The position numbers were made by a program, and so were the translations under genes. Positions 15,797 through 27,833 of a stretch of 64,000 bases of DNA are shown here, in pieces (positions within the stretch are counted from its first letter, which is position 1; the number at the start of each line of letters is the position of its first letter). The DNA comes from Octopus sinensis (Eukaryota), in NCBI RefSeq assembly GCF_006345805.1, contig NW_021825821.1, forward strand, positions 1 to 64,000, in the 5' to 3' direction. The notes beneath the pieces were generated by a model. It saw only the letters and a program-made list of their open reading frames with translations, ran no database searches and had not been told where the DNA came from.

Positions 15797-16986
15797 ATGA
15801 ATAGCATATGGAAAGTTCCTGCAATCATTACGCTAGAAAGGATAAAACCTCGCACCGAACTATTTATATCCGCTTTTCACAGCGGATTTCGGGAGGGAAG
15901 ATCGACTTCTGACATCGTATGGACCCATAGATGGCATTGTTCCGCCATTCAAAGGTTAAAAAATGCGACATACATTCTTGGAATCGATATGTCAAGAGCT
16001 TTTGACTCGATTAATCGTCAGAAATTAATGGCAATCCTCGCAGGATTCCTTGATAAATCTTCTATTCGGATGATCAGGGCACTCTTATCAGAAACCTATC
16101 TATCGGTCAGGGTACGAGACAAGTGCTCTAAACCATTTGAAACAACATCTGGAACACCTCAAGGGGATCCGTTATCTCCTATACTGTTTGTCATATATCT
16201 GGAAGCTGCATTGAGAGAACTAAAACCATACTATGAAGGAAAGATCAATGTGGTGGCATACGCGGATGACGTGAATTTTATTTCTTCTGACAGAAACGCT
16301 CTGGAAAGCCTACTGGAGGTGATGCCAAATAGACTTGCTGAGTGGTTCCTCAATGTAAATGTGGAGAAAACAGAATTTACTGAACTAGCAAGACAGAAGT
16401 CTAAGCTGGACAAACATTGGAGAAAAGTAAGGAAACTCGGATCTCTATTGGGAGACGAACAAGACGTGATTATGCGAAAACACATGCAAACAGTGCACTA
16501 CGCAGCTTGAAGGAAATTTGGCTAAAACGCAAAGGACTCAGCACAAAAACACGGATACGACTATAAAATTCACTAGTGAAGCCAATACTCCTATATAACG
16601 CCGGAACTTGGGAACTTTCCGCTACAGACAATGACAACCTAGACTCTTTCCATAGAGATCACCTCCGATGTACTCTAGCCTCCAAGTGGCATTCAAGGCT
16701 GAGTAGCAGAAGAGTTTATGCCAGAACATCAAGCAAACGAATCTCACTCGAAATTACCGAATGCAGATGGAGGCTGTTTGGACACATTCTAAGGATGGAT
16801 TTGGATGCTCCGGCAAACGCCGCTATGGAGGACTATTTCGAAGCTGGGGGCCATCGTTTCCGTGGGCGACCAAGAAATACTCTCCCGGGTACGCTGGATA
16901 GAGACCTAATAAGGGCTGGTAAAGAATTGAAGGACGGGGACGATCTCGATGCACTACGGGACGTCGCTCAAGATCGCGGGAAATAA
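15797..16986 (+). mobile_element. RTE-like non-LTR retrotransposon RT region, frameshifted
   Basis: SGFREGRST, GIDMSRAFD, GTPQGDPLSP, YADD and RWRLFGHILRM motifs split across two frames. Confidence 0.9.
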
Positions 16987-17099
16987 ACTAATTACTCGTA
17001 TTGTTTCCTGTGCTGCACAAGCTTTGTCATGATCCATGGCATCGCGAAAGTGCCTATAATAATCGGCCATAAAAGATCTAAGACCATATTATAAAGGTG

Positions 17100-18130
17100 G
17101 AACCGAGGAAAGAATTTATGCCGATGACGTGGACTTGATATCCGAAGCCAAATCCTCATTAATAGAACTTCTCGAACTTGCACCGTAGCAATTAAAAAAA
17201 TGGTTCCTTTATGTAAACAAAGAAAAAACTGATCTTGTGGGAGTAACAAGATCAAATGACAAAATCGATGAAAGATGGCGCCATGTACAAAAACTTGGCT
17301 CTCTTCTGGGAGACAGTGAGGATATTGCAAGGAGAAAAATGCTGGTATCTACAGCAATGCACAAACTCTGGAAGGAATGGCTATCATATGGATCAGCGAA
17401 TGTTGACCCGTGTTAATGTATAACTCCTCCACTTGGAGTTGCACAGATACGGAACTGACACGTCTTAACAGTTTCCACAGAGGACAATTGAGAAAACTGC
17501 TCAAAATGCAGTGGTCCTATAGAATATCCCGGGAGTCGTTATACAGAAAGTGTTCTACAAGACCACTTTGCATTGACATTGCTGAATCCCGCTGGAAGCT
17601 ATTTGAACACATACTGAGAATGGACCACTCCGCACCCGCAAATACGGTGATGGAAGATTACTTCCAATGCGACAAACCACGGTTCCGGGGACGCCTACGC
17701 ACTACGTTACTTGTCGTTCTGAACGCGGACCTTGCCCAAATCAAATCCTGTCTCAAGACCTATGATGACTTGGACAGGCTGTGGCTCACAACGCTTTACC
17801 GAGGAAAATGCAGATGTGATATGGGGACATAGCTGGATCTGGTCAGAAATTTAAAATAGCGAATAAAATGTTTGGCGCTGATATGAGCAAAACATTTGAA
17901 ACGCTCCTCAGAGACAAGCTAATAGAAGTTTTCAAAACTATTCTTGACGATGACTTGATAAGAATGGTTTAAGCACTTTCTATGGACACTGAGTTGATAG
18001 TAAAAGTCGGGTCCGTAGAATAAAAGTCTTTCAAAACAAATATTGGAACACTCCAAGGTGATTCTGTATTATTCATCGTTTATTTTGAAGAGGAACTAAG
18101 AAATCTAAGAAAACAATTAATATTCAGCTA
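17100..18130 (+). mobile_element. Further degenerate RTE-like fragments
   Basis: YADDVDL-like segment, KLGSLLG, RWKLFEHILRM (ORF 17410-17832) and a GTPQGDS remnant near 18050. Confidence 0.75.
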
Positions 18131-18184
18131 AAAATATTGAAAAAGAGTCATTTAAAAAGGTTGAAATAATTAGGATTCGCGAGT

Positions 18185-18545
18185 GGCTGCACCGCAAATA
18201 GCAAACGAGTTACCTCTCAATATTGCTATAGATATTCTCTGGTACAGCCAGCTGGTTTCACGGTGGTCAAAGGTCTTCTTTCCGATCAGTTTTCTGATTA
18301 TAGACATAAGCCTCTTTTCAGCCGGCCCAATCACACCACTTGTCTCCACGGCAATTGGGACAAAGTTGTATGCGTCAGGAAGAAACGAAAACTACTGAAG
18401 ACTGAGTCAATAACAAAAGTCCAGAGTTCTTTCAAATCAAAACGCTGGTGTACTCTTCCCAAAGCTGCCTTTTGATCCATGACCAAACTATCATGTCCGA
18501 ATGCGGTATTCAGCAGGATAACCCACTGGGCCCATTGCTGTTTAA
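18185..18545. mobile_element. CRE-like restriction-endonuclease non-LTR remnant, rearranged
   Basis: Minus strand FVPIAVETSGVIGP...WLYQRISIAILRGNS (endonuclease C-terminus). Plus strand GIQQDNPLGPLLF (degenerate GVQQGDPLGPLLF RT motif). Confidence 0.7.
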
Positions 18546-19891
18546 ACAATAAAGAATTTGTTAAAATTAAGCGTCTATGTTTTTTTACTTGATTCATATT
18601 AATTATTTTAGATTTTGGAGAACTTTCTTAATCTGATATACAGTCCGACCCCCCAATAAAACCCCGGCCTTGAGACACCCTCTGTATATGGGGCACTTTT
18701 ATTTCTAAAGTCCATTTTATAGCAAATTATTCAATTTTCTACCAATAGAATACTTTTTTAAAAAATTATCGACCCCGCTTATTGGGGTATTTTTTTAATA
18801 ATTTTAAATAATTCAATATCAGATTTAAATATCTATTGCAGATTTATTTTTAACTGCTTTACAGATGCCATACTTAATGTAAACATCAATGACGGTAAAT
18901 ACCAATCATCTGAATTGTTAAATTTTTTAACGACTGTAAGATCTGCATGGAATCTTTCATTTGGTCTTTTGGCATTTACATAGAGTCGAAACCTGTTATT
19001 AATTTTTTAATTTTATACTTTGTGGAATCGAAAACTTGCAAATTGAGCATTCTTTGACAACTCGTTCTATAATTTTCCACTTTATTGTAAAATAAGAGTG
19101 TAAATAACTAGTTTGTGCTTTTGAAATCTTTAAAAAGATTGGGATATGTTGATAATAATTATGAAACCCATGAAGACAAGGCTAACGTGATCATTAGTGA
19201 TACATTGTCGATTATGTTTGAAACAAAATGCAGGACCCCTAAAGAAGGTCCATTATTCCATATTCTACTTTTTATCTACTTTGAGGCGATTTTTCGAGAC
19301 TGAAAACTGATTATTGGAATAGAAACAACTATGATAGCCTATGAAAATGATATCGACTTCATCTCCGATAATAAAAAACTAAAAGTCTTTTGTCAGACTG
19401 GTCAATAAAAGTGAAAATGGATATCAAGCAACTGGAAACTTAGATTGCCTATAGAAAAGTAGATAATAGCTGAAACAAAAAATGTTACCGGGTCTCTGAA
19501 ATTTTTAGCAGAGATTACGGTTTAACACAAAAAAGAGTTATTTTAAAATTTCCACAAGAAAATATTACTATCTCAAAAATAAAGATGCATATTTTAACAA
19601 GAGAAGCTTTTTTGACACAAAAAAGATTGAAGGAAAGAGTCTTAATAACTTTTTGTGACAGGTGCACTAGGTAACTATTATAATACTCTGAAAGAATCAT
19701 CAACCCTTTTTCTAAAATTTCGAAAAAAAATTCAAATGACAAAATATAAAAGAATTATTTCAATTTGTGAAATTACATAGAAAAAATAATTTCGGTAAAC
19801 CTGGTTATTAATATTTTTCTAAAATAATATATTTATTTCAGTAAATAATGTTATGACGAGCTATTTAAATAGCAGAATATTTAAAAATTGA

Positions 19892-21067
19892 ATGGAAATC
19901 GGTCAGTTAGCGGGAGCGTCGTTTTACTATGAAAAGACTAAATCCGGCGACACTCGAGTTTTCATAATCCAAAGCAATTCAATATGCTCGACTGTTGGGA
20001 TAAATGCAGTCTTTACTATCTTTCGTGTTTATTTATTATTAGTCAGGTTTAGAGCATGTGTTTGCACGGTACTTATGTGCCAGTTGCCTTATATAGCACT
20101 CACACTGGTAATATTCCTTTTTATTAGATTATAAGCATACAAGAATTATTTTGGAGTAGTTGAGCGCAAGGGATTTGTCAAAAAGAACTGTTACGTACTT
20201 GAATCCTATCCTACATACGAATACCATTACATACTGACCGGTATTCCTATTATGTAAACACAGGATATCTTTTCAATTGCATTTTTCTGGAGGAAAGTGC
20301 TTATGTCATAAAAAATTTCAAACTAAACGACAAAAAAATCAAATACAGTTAGTTCAATTAAAGTTTCTATTTTAGTATGTGACCCCGTATTTGGTGACTG
20401 CGATCGTTTTGTAATTTTTTGTCTCTTACTATAAAGTACGTCGATGAAGATTTGGCCAATGCATATAGAACAGATCTGATCCCACTTGCGGACGTGGTGA
20501 CTCCGAACTGCTTTGAATTAGAGTATTCACATTTTCATTATTTTTAATAAGGAAACTTACCAACAATAAGGTTTTGAATTGTCAGGATGGGTTCGAGATG
20601 ATGTATTTGCTACATAAAATTGGGCCAAAAGTCGTTATTTTGACAAGTATTCCAACATCAGACAATACCAAATTAAAAAGTCTACTTTCGGTTGAAAACA
20701 ACGGTATTTAACAAAATTTCTTAATTAGAGGGAAATTAAGTCGTTTCTATATCGAATTTTCCAAATTTGACGCTCCTTTCTATGGATCCGGCGATTGCTT
20801 TGCAGCGTTGTTCTTAGTGTGGCTCGATAGGACGAAAGGAAATATTATTGTAATTAAAATCTAATCACTTCAGGAATCATTTGAGATTAGCATAAACGTG
20901 ATGAACTCGATAATTAAATCTACATATTCTCACGCGAAAGGTGACTAATTATTGTGATTTTCACAGAGGCTGGGCTTTCTTGTCAATCGCTAAATCTGCG
21001 TTTATTGGATTCTGTTGATAAAATTAGGTGTCCGGAAATTATTTTTAAAGTACATGAATATAATTGA
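19892..21067 (+). CDS. PDXK: Pyridoxal kinase-like paralog B (divergent)
   Basis: RVFIIQSNSICSTVGINA; LYSTHT; YHYILTG; VCDPVFGD; VVTPNCFE; FYGSGDCFAAL; stop TGA at 21065-21067. The frame is restored by 20-30 nt introns. Confidence 0.82.
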
Positions 21068-21429
21068 TTATTTTGTTATTTGAAGGAGAGTTATTTGAAT
21101 TACTTAGGTTTTTAATAAAAGAATGTTCATTGAAAACTAGCAATCAAATAATTCAAAAATTTCACTTCTAATTTGTCTAGAAATGTGGAAGGTAAGTTAG
21201 TATTTCCCTAATTTCATATAAAAATTATACAAACTACAGACCGTCCATAGTTCCACGAGTAAGAGGATCACGAAAGGTGATGGCGCTGTTCAGGGAGGCC
21301 CAAGACCAGTAAATTGAAAAATTTAATTAATCTAACTTTTAATTCACGCTTTAATATGTTTCTCGTTTTACTAATATTACTAATTTTATTCGAATATTTA
21401 TGTTAACAAAAGAGTGATGTGAATTATTT

Positions 21430-22560
21430 TTCTTCTTCCCTATTATTAGATATTCTTTTTAAAACAATCTTCGTCTCTTATGCCCAACTATCATAGTCGG
21501 TACATAGAGGTCCTCGTCCATTCGTATTCCTGATTCAGAAGAATGTTTCGGTTGACACTCAATCACTGCTTGCTCCTTTTTGGGAACCGATATTCCATGT
21601 CTTGTCTCCACCTGCATAATCTCCAATGTTTTTCTTAAAACGAGTGTTTGGATATATGCCTTCACTCTGTCTTCCACTGCGATAGAATCCAGATGACTTT
21701 TGAAGAATCTTGAGACAATTCCATCCCAAGTAAGTACAACAGGGATTATCTTCCCTTTGCCCGATGAATCGCCCCTAATTCATTTGCCAAAAGGTCATAT
21801 TTGTGGAAATTTACCACTTCAACTTGCTTTAGGCAATTTTGTGAGGTAATCCCAACATCAATGAGTGTAATTGTATTCCTCATCTTGTCATGGACAAAAA
21901 TATCTGGTTTATTGTTTGAAACAGCCGTATCCGTAGAAATAGTTGTGTCCACTCGAATTTCCACAACTTCATTGGCGACAACAGATTGAACTGAGTGAGT
22001 TTTTAATTTCTTCGTTTCTCTTATCCCGTATTGGCGGCATAAATGCAAATGTAGACATTTGACAACTTTATTATGCCCTCTTAGGTAAGAGCTGTTCAGC
22101 ATTCGTCCACATCTGGTAGCAAGGTGATCAACGGTCTTCTTTGCTGAGTTGCAGTGATTGCATTTATTTTCTCCGTTATCAAAAAACAAATTTCGATTCT
22201 GTAGTAGAAAACACATTCCTTCAGTTTTTGCAGAGTTGTTTCCATGAACTAGCCACTCTGCAGATTCATTAACATTAACTTCACTGTCCTTCAAACACTG
22301 GAAAAGAATAGAATGCAGTGGGTTAGTTTCAATCTGCCTCATTAGATATTCCCTCATTAGATAATCTGCCTCATTAGATAATCTGCCTTATGTTGAATTT
22401 CCACCAATTTCGTTATTGTCAGTTCATTTATATTTTCGATATTGTACTTTCGGGATATGAATTCTACGATAGTGGCCATATGAGTTTTCTTTGAATTAAC
22501 GACTCGTACGATAGTGGCCTCTCTTCTTAGGCAGTAATCGGTTTTATGCTTCAAGTCATG
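21430..22560 (-). mobile_element. RLE-type (R4/NeSL-like) non-LTR retrotransposon, 3' half
   Basis: CCHC knuckle CNHCNSAKKTVDHLATRC; PD-(D/E)xK core NKPDIFVHDK...LIDVGIT; KYDLLANEL. Confidence 0.88.
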
Positions 22561-22854
22561 ATAAAATTGGAATAGCCTAGAGGGGCCATTCCCCCCCGGT
22601 TGAGAACACCTGACCTAAAGAATGCTGGATTCCTACTAGAAAATGCAGACGATCTAGATAGCTTTCAAAAAATCGCAATCACAAGAAAAGCGTTAAGGTG
22701 TCTAACAGACAAAATTTTCCAGGGTGTGGCACAAGCGACAAAAGGACTATGACTTTCTTATTGTCACTGATGTGATAATGATAATATAACTGAAAAATGA
22801 CAGATGGTTTGAGATAGAAAATAAAATAAAAATATACCATATCAATGACCACCT

Positions 22855-24861
22855 GGAACCATTCGAAGGAACACCCAGAGGACTTAATAAAGACATCACC
22901 CGCTATGAAGTCCTTTCAGCCTTGAGCAAGCTGAAAAATGGCAGAGCTTCGGGACCAGACAACGTGACTGCAGAGTTATTAAAATACGCGCCGGACAGAG
23001 TGGTTGAGTTGATCTGCACAGTCCTGAACAGGACGTTCAACTACGTTACCTGGGAGTAACTATAGACCCCTCCGGGTCATACAAACCCCATGTGCATGCA
23101 AAGCGGAAACAAGGAGCGAAAATCCTAAAAGGACTGAAGCGTTTTTGTCTAAGCGCAGAAACGTTTCTACACATCTACCAGACTTGTGTTCAGCCACTAA
23201 TAATCTATGGCTCGGAGGGCTGGTACCAAACTGATGAAAGGGACCTTCTAATCGCCAAACTCGAAAAAACCAGACGATTTGCCATCAAACTGGCATTCGG
23301 CCTGGAGCTCAGCAGTCCGCTGGAAGACCTGCATGAGCGGAGTGTTGACACGATTGACGCGATCCTGGCAAAAACTCGAACTCGCTAAGGGAGATAAGAC
23401 AGTCTCCTGGGGCAAAACCGAAGTTGAGACCTTCGTGGCTCTCGTTATCGAGCCCCCTAAGCTCTAATTCCTCGGCCACTTTTCTTTTGGACCTATTGTA
23501 ATAAATAAACCATATTCATTCAAACCTGGAAAGGAGAAAGGAAATCTAAACAGCCTACGCCCGGTTACGCTAATGAATACGCTAAGGAAAATACTTTCCC
23601 TTGTTGTGCTGGATCGTATTTCAGGACCTGTAAATAAGTTCCTAAACCCGAGTCAAAGTGGATTCAGACCTGGAAGGTCGACAGCAGACGTAGTATGGAG
23701 CCACAGATGGCTGTGTGCAATGTGCCAGAAACACAAAGAAAAAATCTCAATCCTTGGAATTGATCTATCCCGTGCTTTCGATACAATCAACCGCAAAAAG
23801 CTGATGCATGTATTGGAAGGCATCCTAGATGGGGATGCATTACGTATGATCAGATTCTTACTCGCCAACACATCGCTATCCGTGCGTGTGGGAAACTATA
23901 CCTCGATGAAGTTTAAAACCGACACTGGCGTACCTCAGGGCGACTCGTTATCTCCGGTTCTATTCATAATCTACCTGGAGGCAGCCCTAAGACCTCTTCG
24001 GAGGAATAAATGCTTTACCAACGTGATGGAAGTAACTTACGCCGACGATATTGATTTCGTCTCCCGAGATCAGGACTCACTGGAAAACTTATTAAAAGTG
24101 ATCCCTCATTCGTTGGAGGACTGGTCCCTTGTAATAAACCCGGACAAAACGGAAAGAACTACCATATCCCGCCTGGGGACGAGAAACGAGGAGAAGTGGA
24201 GAACATGCAAGAAAGTTGGATCTCTCCTTGGGGACTCGGAGAACGTTATTCGTAGGAAAGTGCTGGCTGTTGCATCCTTCAAAAAAATGTGGACGATCTG
24301 GATGAGGCGCAAGTACATAAGAACTCTCCTTCGAATTCGGCTGTACAACTCCTTTGTCGAACCAATCTTGCTTTACAACGCGGGGACCTGGGGCCTAACC
24401 GCTAAAGAACTGGAGCAGCTCAACTCTTTCCACAGAAAACAACTACGACTACTCCTGGGAATTCACTGGCCAAAAAAGATGACCAATAATGAACTCTACA
24501 GAATCACCCATACATCCGAGATTGCAAAGAAAGTGATGTTCACGAAGTGGATGCTCTTTGGACATGTCCTAAGAGCCTCGGAAATGACGCCGGTCAATCA
24601 GAACATGGAATCCTACTTCTGCTCATTAAATAAAACGGCATATAGGGGCCGACAAAGAACAACATTACCGACTACGCTCGACCATGATCTCACGTCGATT
24701 GGAAGGAAACTGAAATCGGCCGATGATCTGGACGAACTGAGATACCTCGCACCTAACAGGGGAGCGTGGATACGACTAACAGAGCGTATCCTGAGTCGGA
24801 TGGCAAAAGTGGAATCTTAATTAACTTTTTGATTTCGCGAGATTGCTTTAATAATAATAAT
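22855..24861 (+). mobile_element. RTE-like LINE copy B1, interrupted at ~23042-23520; RT ORF 23573-24820 open; (TAA)n tail
   Basis: LKNGRASGPD linker; 415-aa RT with GVPQGDSLSP and YADD; AAT-repeat tail ending at 24861. Confidence 0.92.
23042..23520 (+). mobile_element. 5'-truncated 3' end of the APE LINE family, forming an inverted repeat with ~24885-25362
   Basis: Near-identical to the reverse complement of the LINE 3' end. Replaces ~48 bp that are present in RTE copy B2. Confidence 0.9.
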
Positions 24862-27604
24862 AGAGAATAGAAGAAGAATAGAATATGGTTTATTTAATAC
24901 AATAGGTCCAAAAGAAAAGTGGCCGAGGAATTAGAGCTTAGGGGGCTTGATAACGAGAGCCACGAAGGTCTCAACTTCGGTTTTGCCCCAGGAGACTGTC
25001 TTATCTCCCTCAGCGAGTTCGAATTTTTGCCAGGATTGCGTCAATCGTGTCAACACTCCGCTCATGCAGGTCTTCCACCGGACTGCTGAGCTCCAGGCCG
25101 AATGCCAGTTTGATGGCAAATCGTCTGGTTTTTTCGAGTTTGGCGATTAGAAGGTCCCTTTCATCAGTTTGGTACCAGCCCTCCGAGCCATAGATTATTA
25201 GTGGCTGAACACAAGTCTGGTAGATGTGTAGAAACGTTTCTGCGCTTAGACAAAAACGCCTCAGTCCTTTTAGGATTTTCGCTCCTTGTTTCCGCTTTGC
25301 ATGCACATGGGGTTTGTATGACCCGGTGGGGTCTATAGTTACTCCCAGGTAACGTAGGTTCTTCGATATAATCAGGTTCCCATAATCCTCGAAAGTCGGT
25401 TTTTTGTCACGACCCATTGAAATCCAACAAATGGTACTTTTGTCTAGAGCGAGATTCAAGCCTTTACCATTGCACCAGATTTCAAGTTCCTCCAAGTACG
25501 GTTCTAGTCTGCTCCAGGACAGCCTTCTTCTGTGTCGGGGTCCCCACATCGAGACATCCGTAACCAAGATATCGTCCGCGTAGATAATTAGTCTGCTCGT
25601 AGGAAAATGTGGTTTCGGGACGTCAGCCAGAAATATATTAAAGAACAAGGGGCTGAGAACCGATCCCTGAGGAACACCTCTCCTCAGATTCACGGCCTTC
25701 GATAGCAAATTTCCACAACGAATGAACGATTTTCTCTCACACAAGAAGTCCTTAAGCCATCTGACAGTTTTTCGCCCAGCACCCAACTCCGCTACTTTAT
25801 CTAACAACCCCAAGTGCCAGACACTGTCAAAGGCCTTGCAGACGTCCAGGCAGACCGCCGTTAGGCAGGCTTTATGTTGTTTGGCCCGAGTCAGTTCTTC
25901 CTCAAGAAGCGAGAAACAGTGACCGGTTGATCGACCAGGTCTAAAACCCCACTGTTCCTCCGCGAGTATATTATTTTGTTCCACGTAAGCCGATAAACGA
26001 TTGAAAATAATTCTTTCCATTATCCTCGACGTTGTGCAGATAAGGCTAATTGGCCTATAACTTCCTGCCTGCGTATTTGGTTTTCCAGGTTTTGGGATCA
26101 TTCGGACGATTGTTCGTTTCCAGCTAGGTGGGACGTGACCATTGTCCCAACTGGCATTGAATAGTTTTACCAGAATACGAAGCAAGCATCCAGGTGCCTT
26201 CTTGAAAACCTCCATAGGGATGAAGTCAAATCCAGGAGCGTTGTTCTTGCAACCTCTGATTGCTTCGAACGTCTCTTCCGTGGTTATTTCTCTGCACAAG
26301 GGTCCATCCAAAACAAGTTTTGAGAGGGAATTTCGGGTCGACTCCTCGAATATTTTCAGAGGCAGGATAGACGAAGGGTCTACCTCCTGAATCCCTGCTA
26401 GCTGCTGGTGGAAGACCTCCGGGACTTCCTCAGTAGGAACAAAGCCTCCATCACCGATTTAAGAATGATTTCTTCTCCTTTCGCTTCCGTCCCGTTCATT
26501 ATTTTGTATAGTTTCCAGAATTTAGGATTTTTCATGTTGAGTTTTAAGCATTCTCTCTTCCATGCCTCATCTGTGTTAGCTTTAATCAGCTCGTCGATCC
26601 GACTCTTCAGGGTGTTGATTCGGGCCTTTAGACTTCCAGAGTCCTCCGATTCAAAACACCTCCTTCTTTTGCTTTCCAGTCGCGCCTTGTCTCTGACTAG
26701 CTCAGATAGTCTAGTTTCGGACCTCTTCGCGCAAGATCCCTGGGATTTCATATGTTTTTTAGAAGCGAATCTGTCCAGAAAGGCCACCACATGCTTTCGT
26801 ATGGCCATATCGAGATGATCAATACTTTCACTCGTGGACAGATGCATGTGGGAGAGAGGTTCCAAAGCTGCACCCATGAATATGGCGAACATGGGCCATT
26901 GCACAGGGGACAAGTCGTATCCCGTGAAGAGATCTGATACCAACTCCGTAGATGTCCGCAACAACATTGATTGGGTCAGATGGTCACTCCCAGTCCGCAT
27001 TTCTATCCGGGGCCTGTCGCAAAAAGGGCTCACAGACGCGGAAGAAAGAAATAGTCCGAGGCGACCTCCACTGAAGCAGAAATGATTAAGTTCCTCAGAA
27101 GTCCAGACATTAAGGTCATATTTCCTCGCGATCCTCAGTAAAGCCCGACCATCTTGGTTAGAGGTCTCGCATCCATAAGCGGTATTTTTGGCGTTGAGAT
27201 CTCCCGCAAGAATGGCCATCTCATTATCCTCAAAGAACTTCCTGATCACTTCAGGGTAGTTTCTGAGGTCCTTCGAGTACATTCCACCGATTGTTATCCA
27301 TCCAATGGAAGTTAGGAGTTCTAGTGCGATCAGTTCGCATCGGTTCTCTTCAAGGATCCTCAAGTTCTTTACAACAATGTCGGCTTTGTAGTAAAGCGAG
27401 GATCCCGTTCCCGCAATCGCCCCCGACCTCCATGGAATGTGGAGGGATCTATAGCCTTCGAATTTGATCTGCCGAGGCCCCTTCATTTTGGTTTCGTTCA
27501 CAATTAGGACATCTGTCTTTGCCAAGGTCAGAAGGGACCTCAGCTCCGTTGCCCGTCTCGTGAGAGACCGGGCATTGATAAGCGTTATCACGCTCACACT
27601 TGAT
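24862..27604 (-). mobile_element. Near-complete ORF2 of an APE-RT LINE (Jockey/I/CR1-like) with one frameshift near 26458
   Basis: APE motifs NARSL, NETK, GDLNAK and SDH; RT motifs EQWGFRPGRST, GVPQGSVLSP and YADD; TTC/TTCTA-type 3' tail. Inserted in the RTE (TAA)n tail, with the empty site at 32414-32431. Confidence 0.92.
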
Positions 27605-27610
27605 TTGGTA

Positions 27611-27717
27611 ATAAACAACTTGCTGGGCAAACCAGAGAATTCGGGATTCTTCGTTCTCGACAAAAACCCCGTACTTCGGATCAGTCAGTTCGTGGAACAA
27701 CAACATGAAAAATTCCT
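27611..27717 (-). other. Captured 107-bp HERC fragment (one HECT exon plus 9 nt of the following intron) at the LINE 5' end
   Basis: 103/107 identical to 1358-1464 and to its copy near 34413-34519. Confidence 0.92.
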
Positions 27718-27833
27718 CACACTTGATAATATCATGGGTTGGATAATACCCTCTCGAAGGTGCACCGTTGCTGCGAAAGGTTCAAAAGGTGCTAATATTC
27801 ACATGATTGAGTGTATTGGTTCGGGTAGATTAA

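Noticed and set aside
27716-27727. CAAGTGTGAG joined at a HERC acceptor resembles the end of nematode SL1 (CAAGTTTGAG), suggesting a trans-spliced leader
   Set aside because: The same sequence lies 110 bp away as coding sequence at the start of the LINE endonuclease, so templated copying is simpler. No SL RNA gene was seen.
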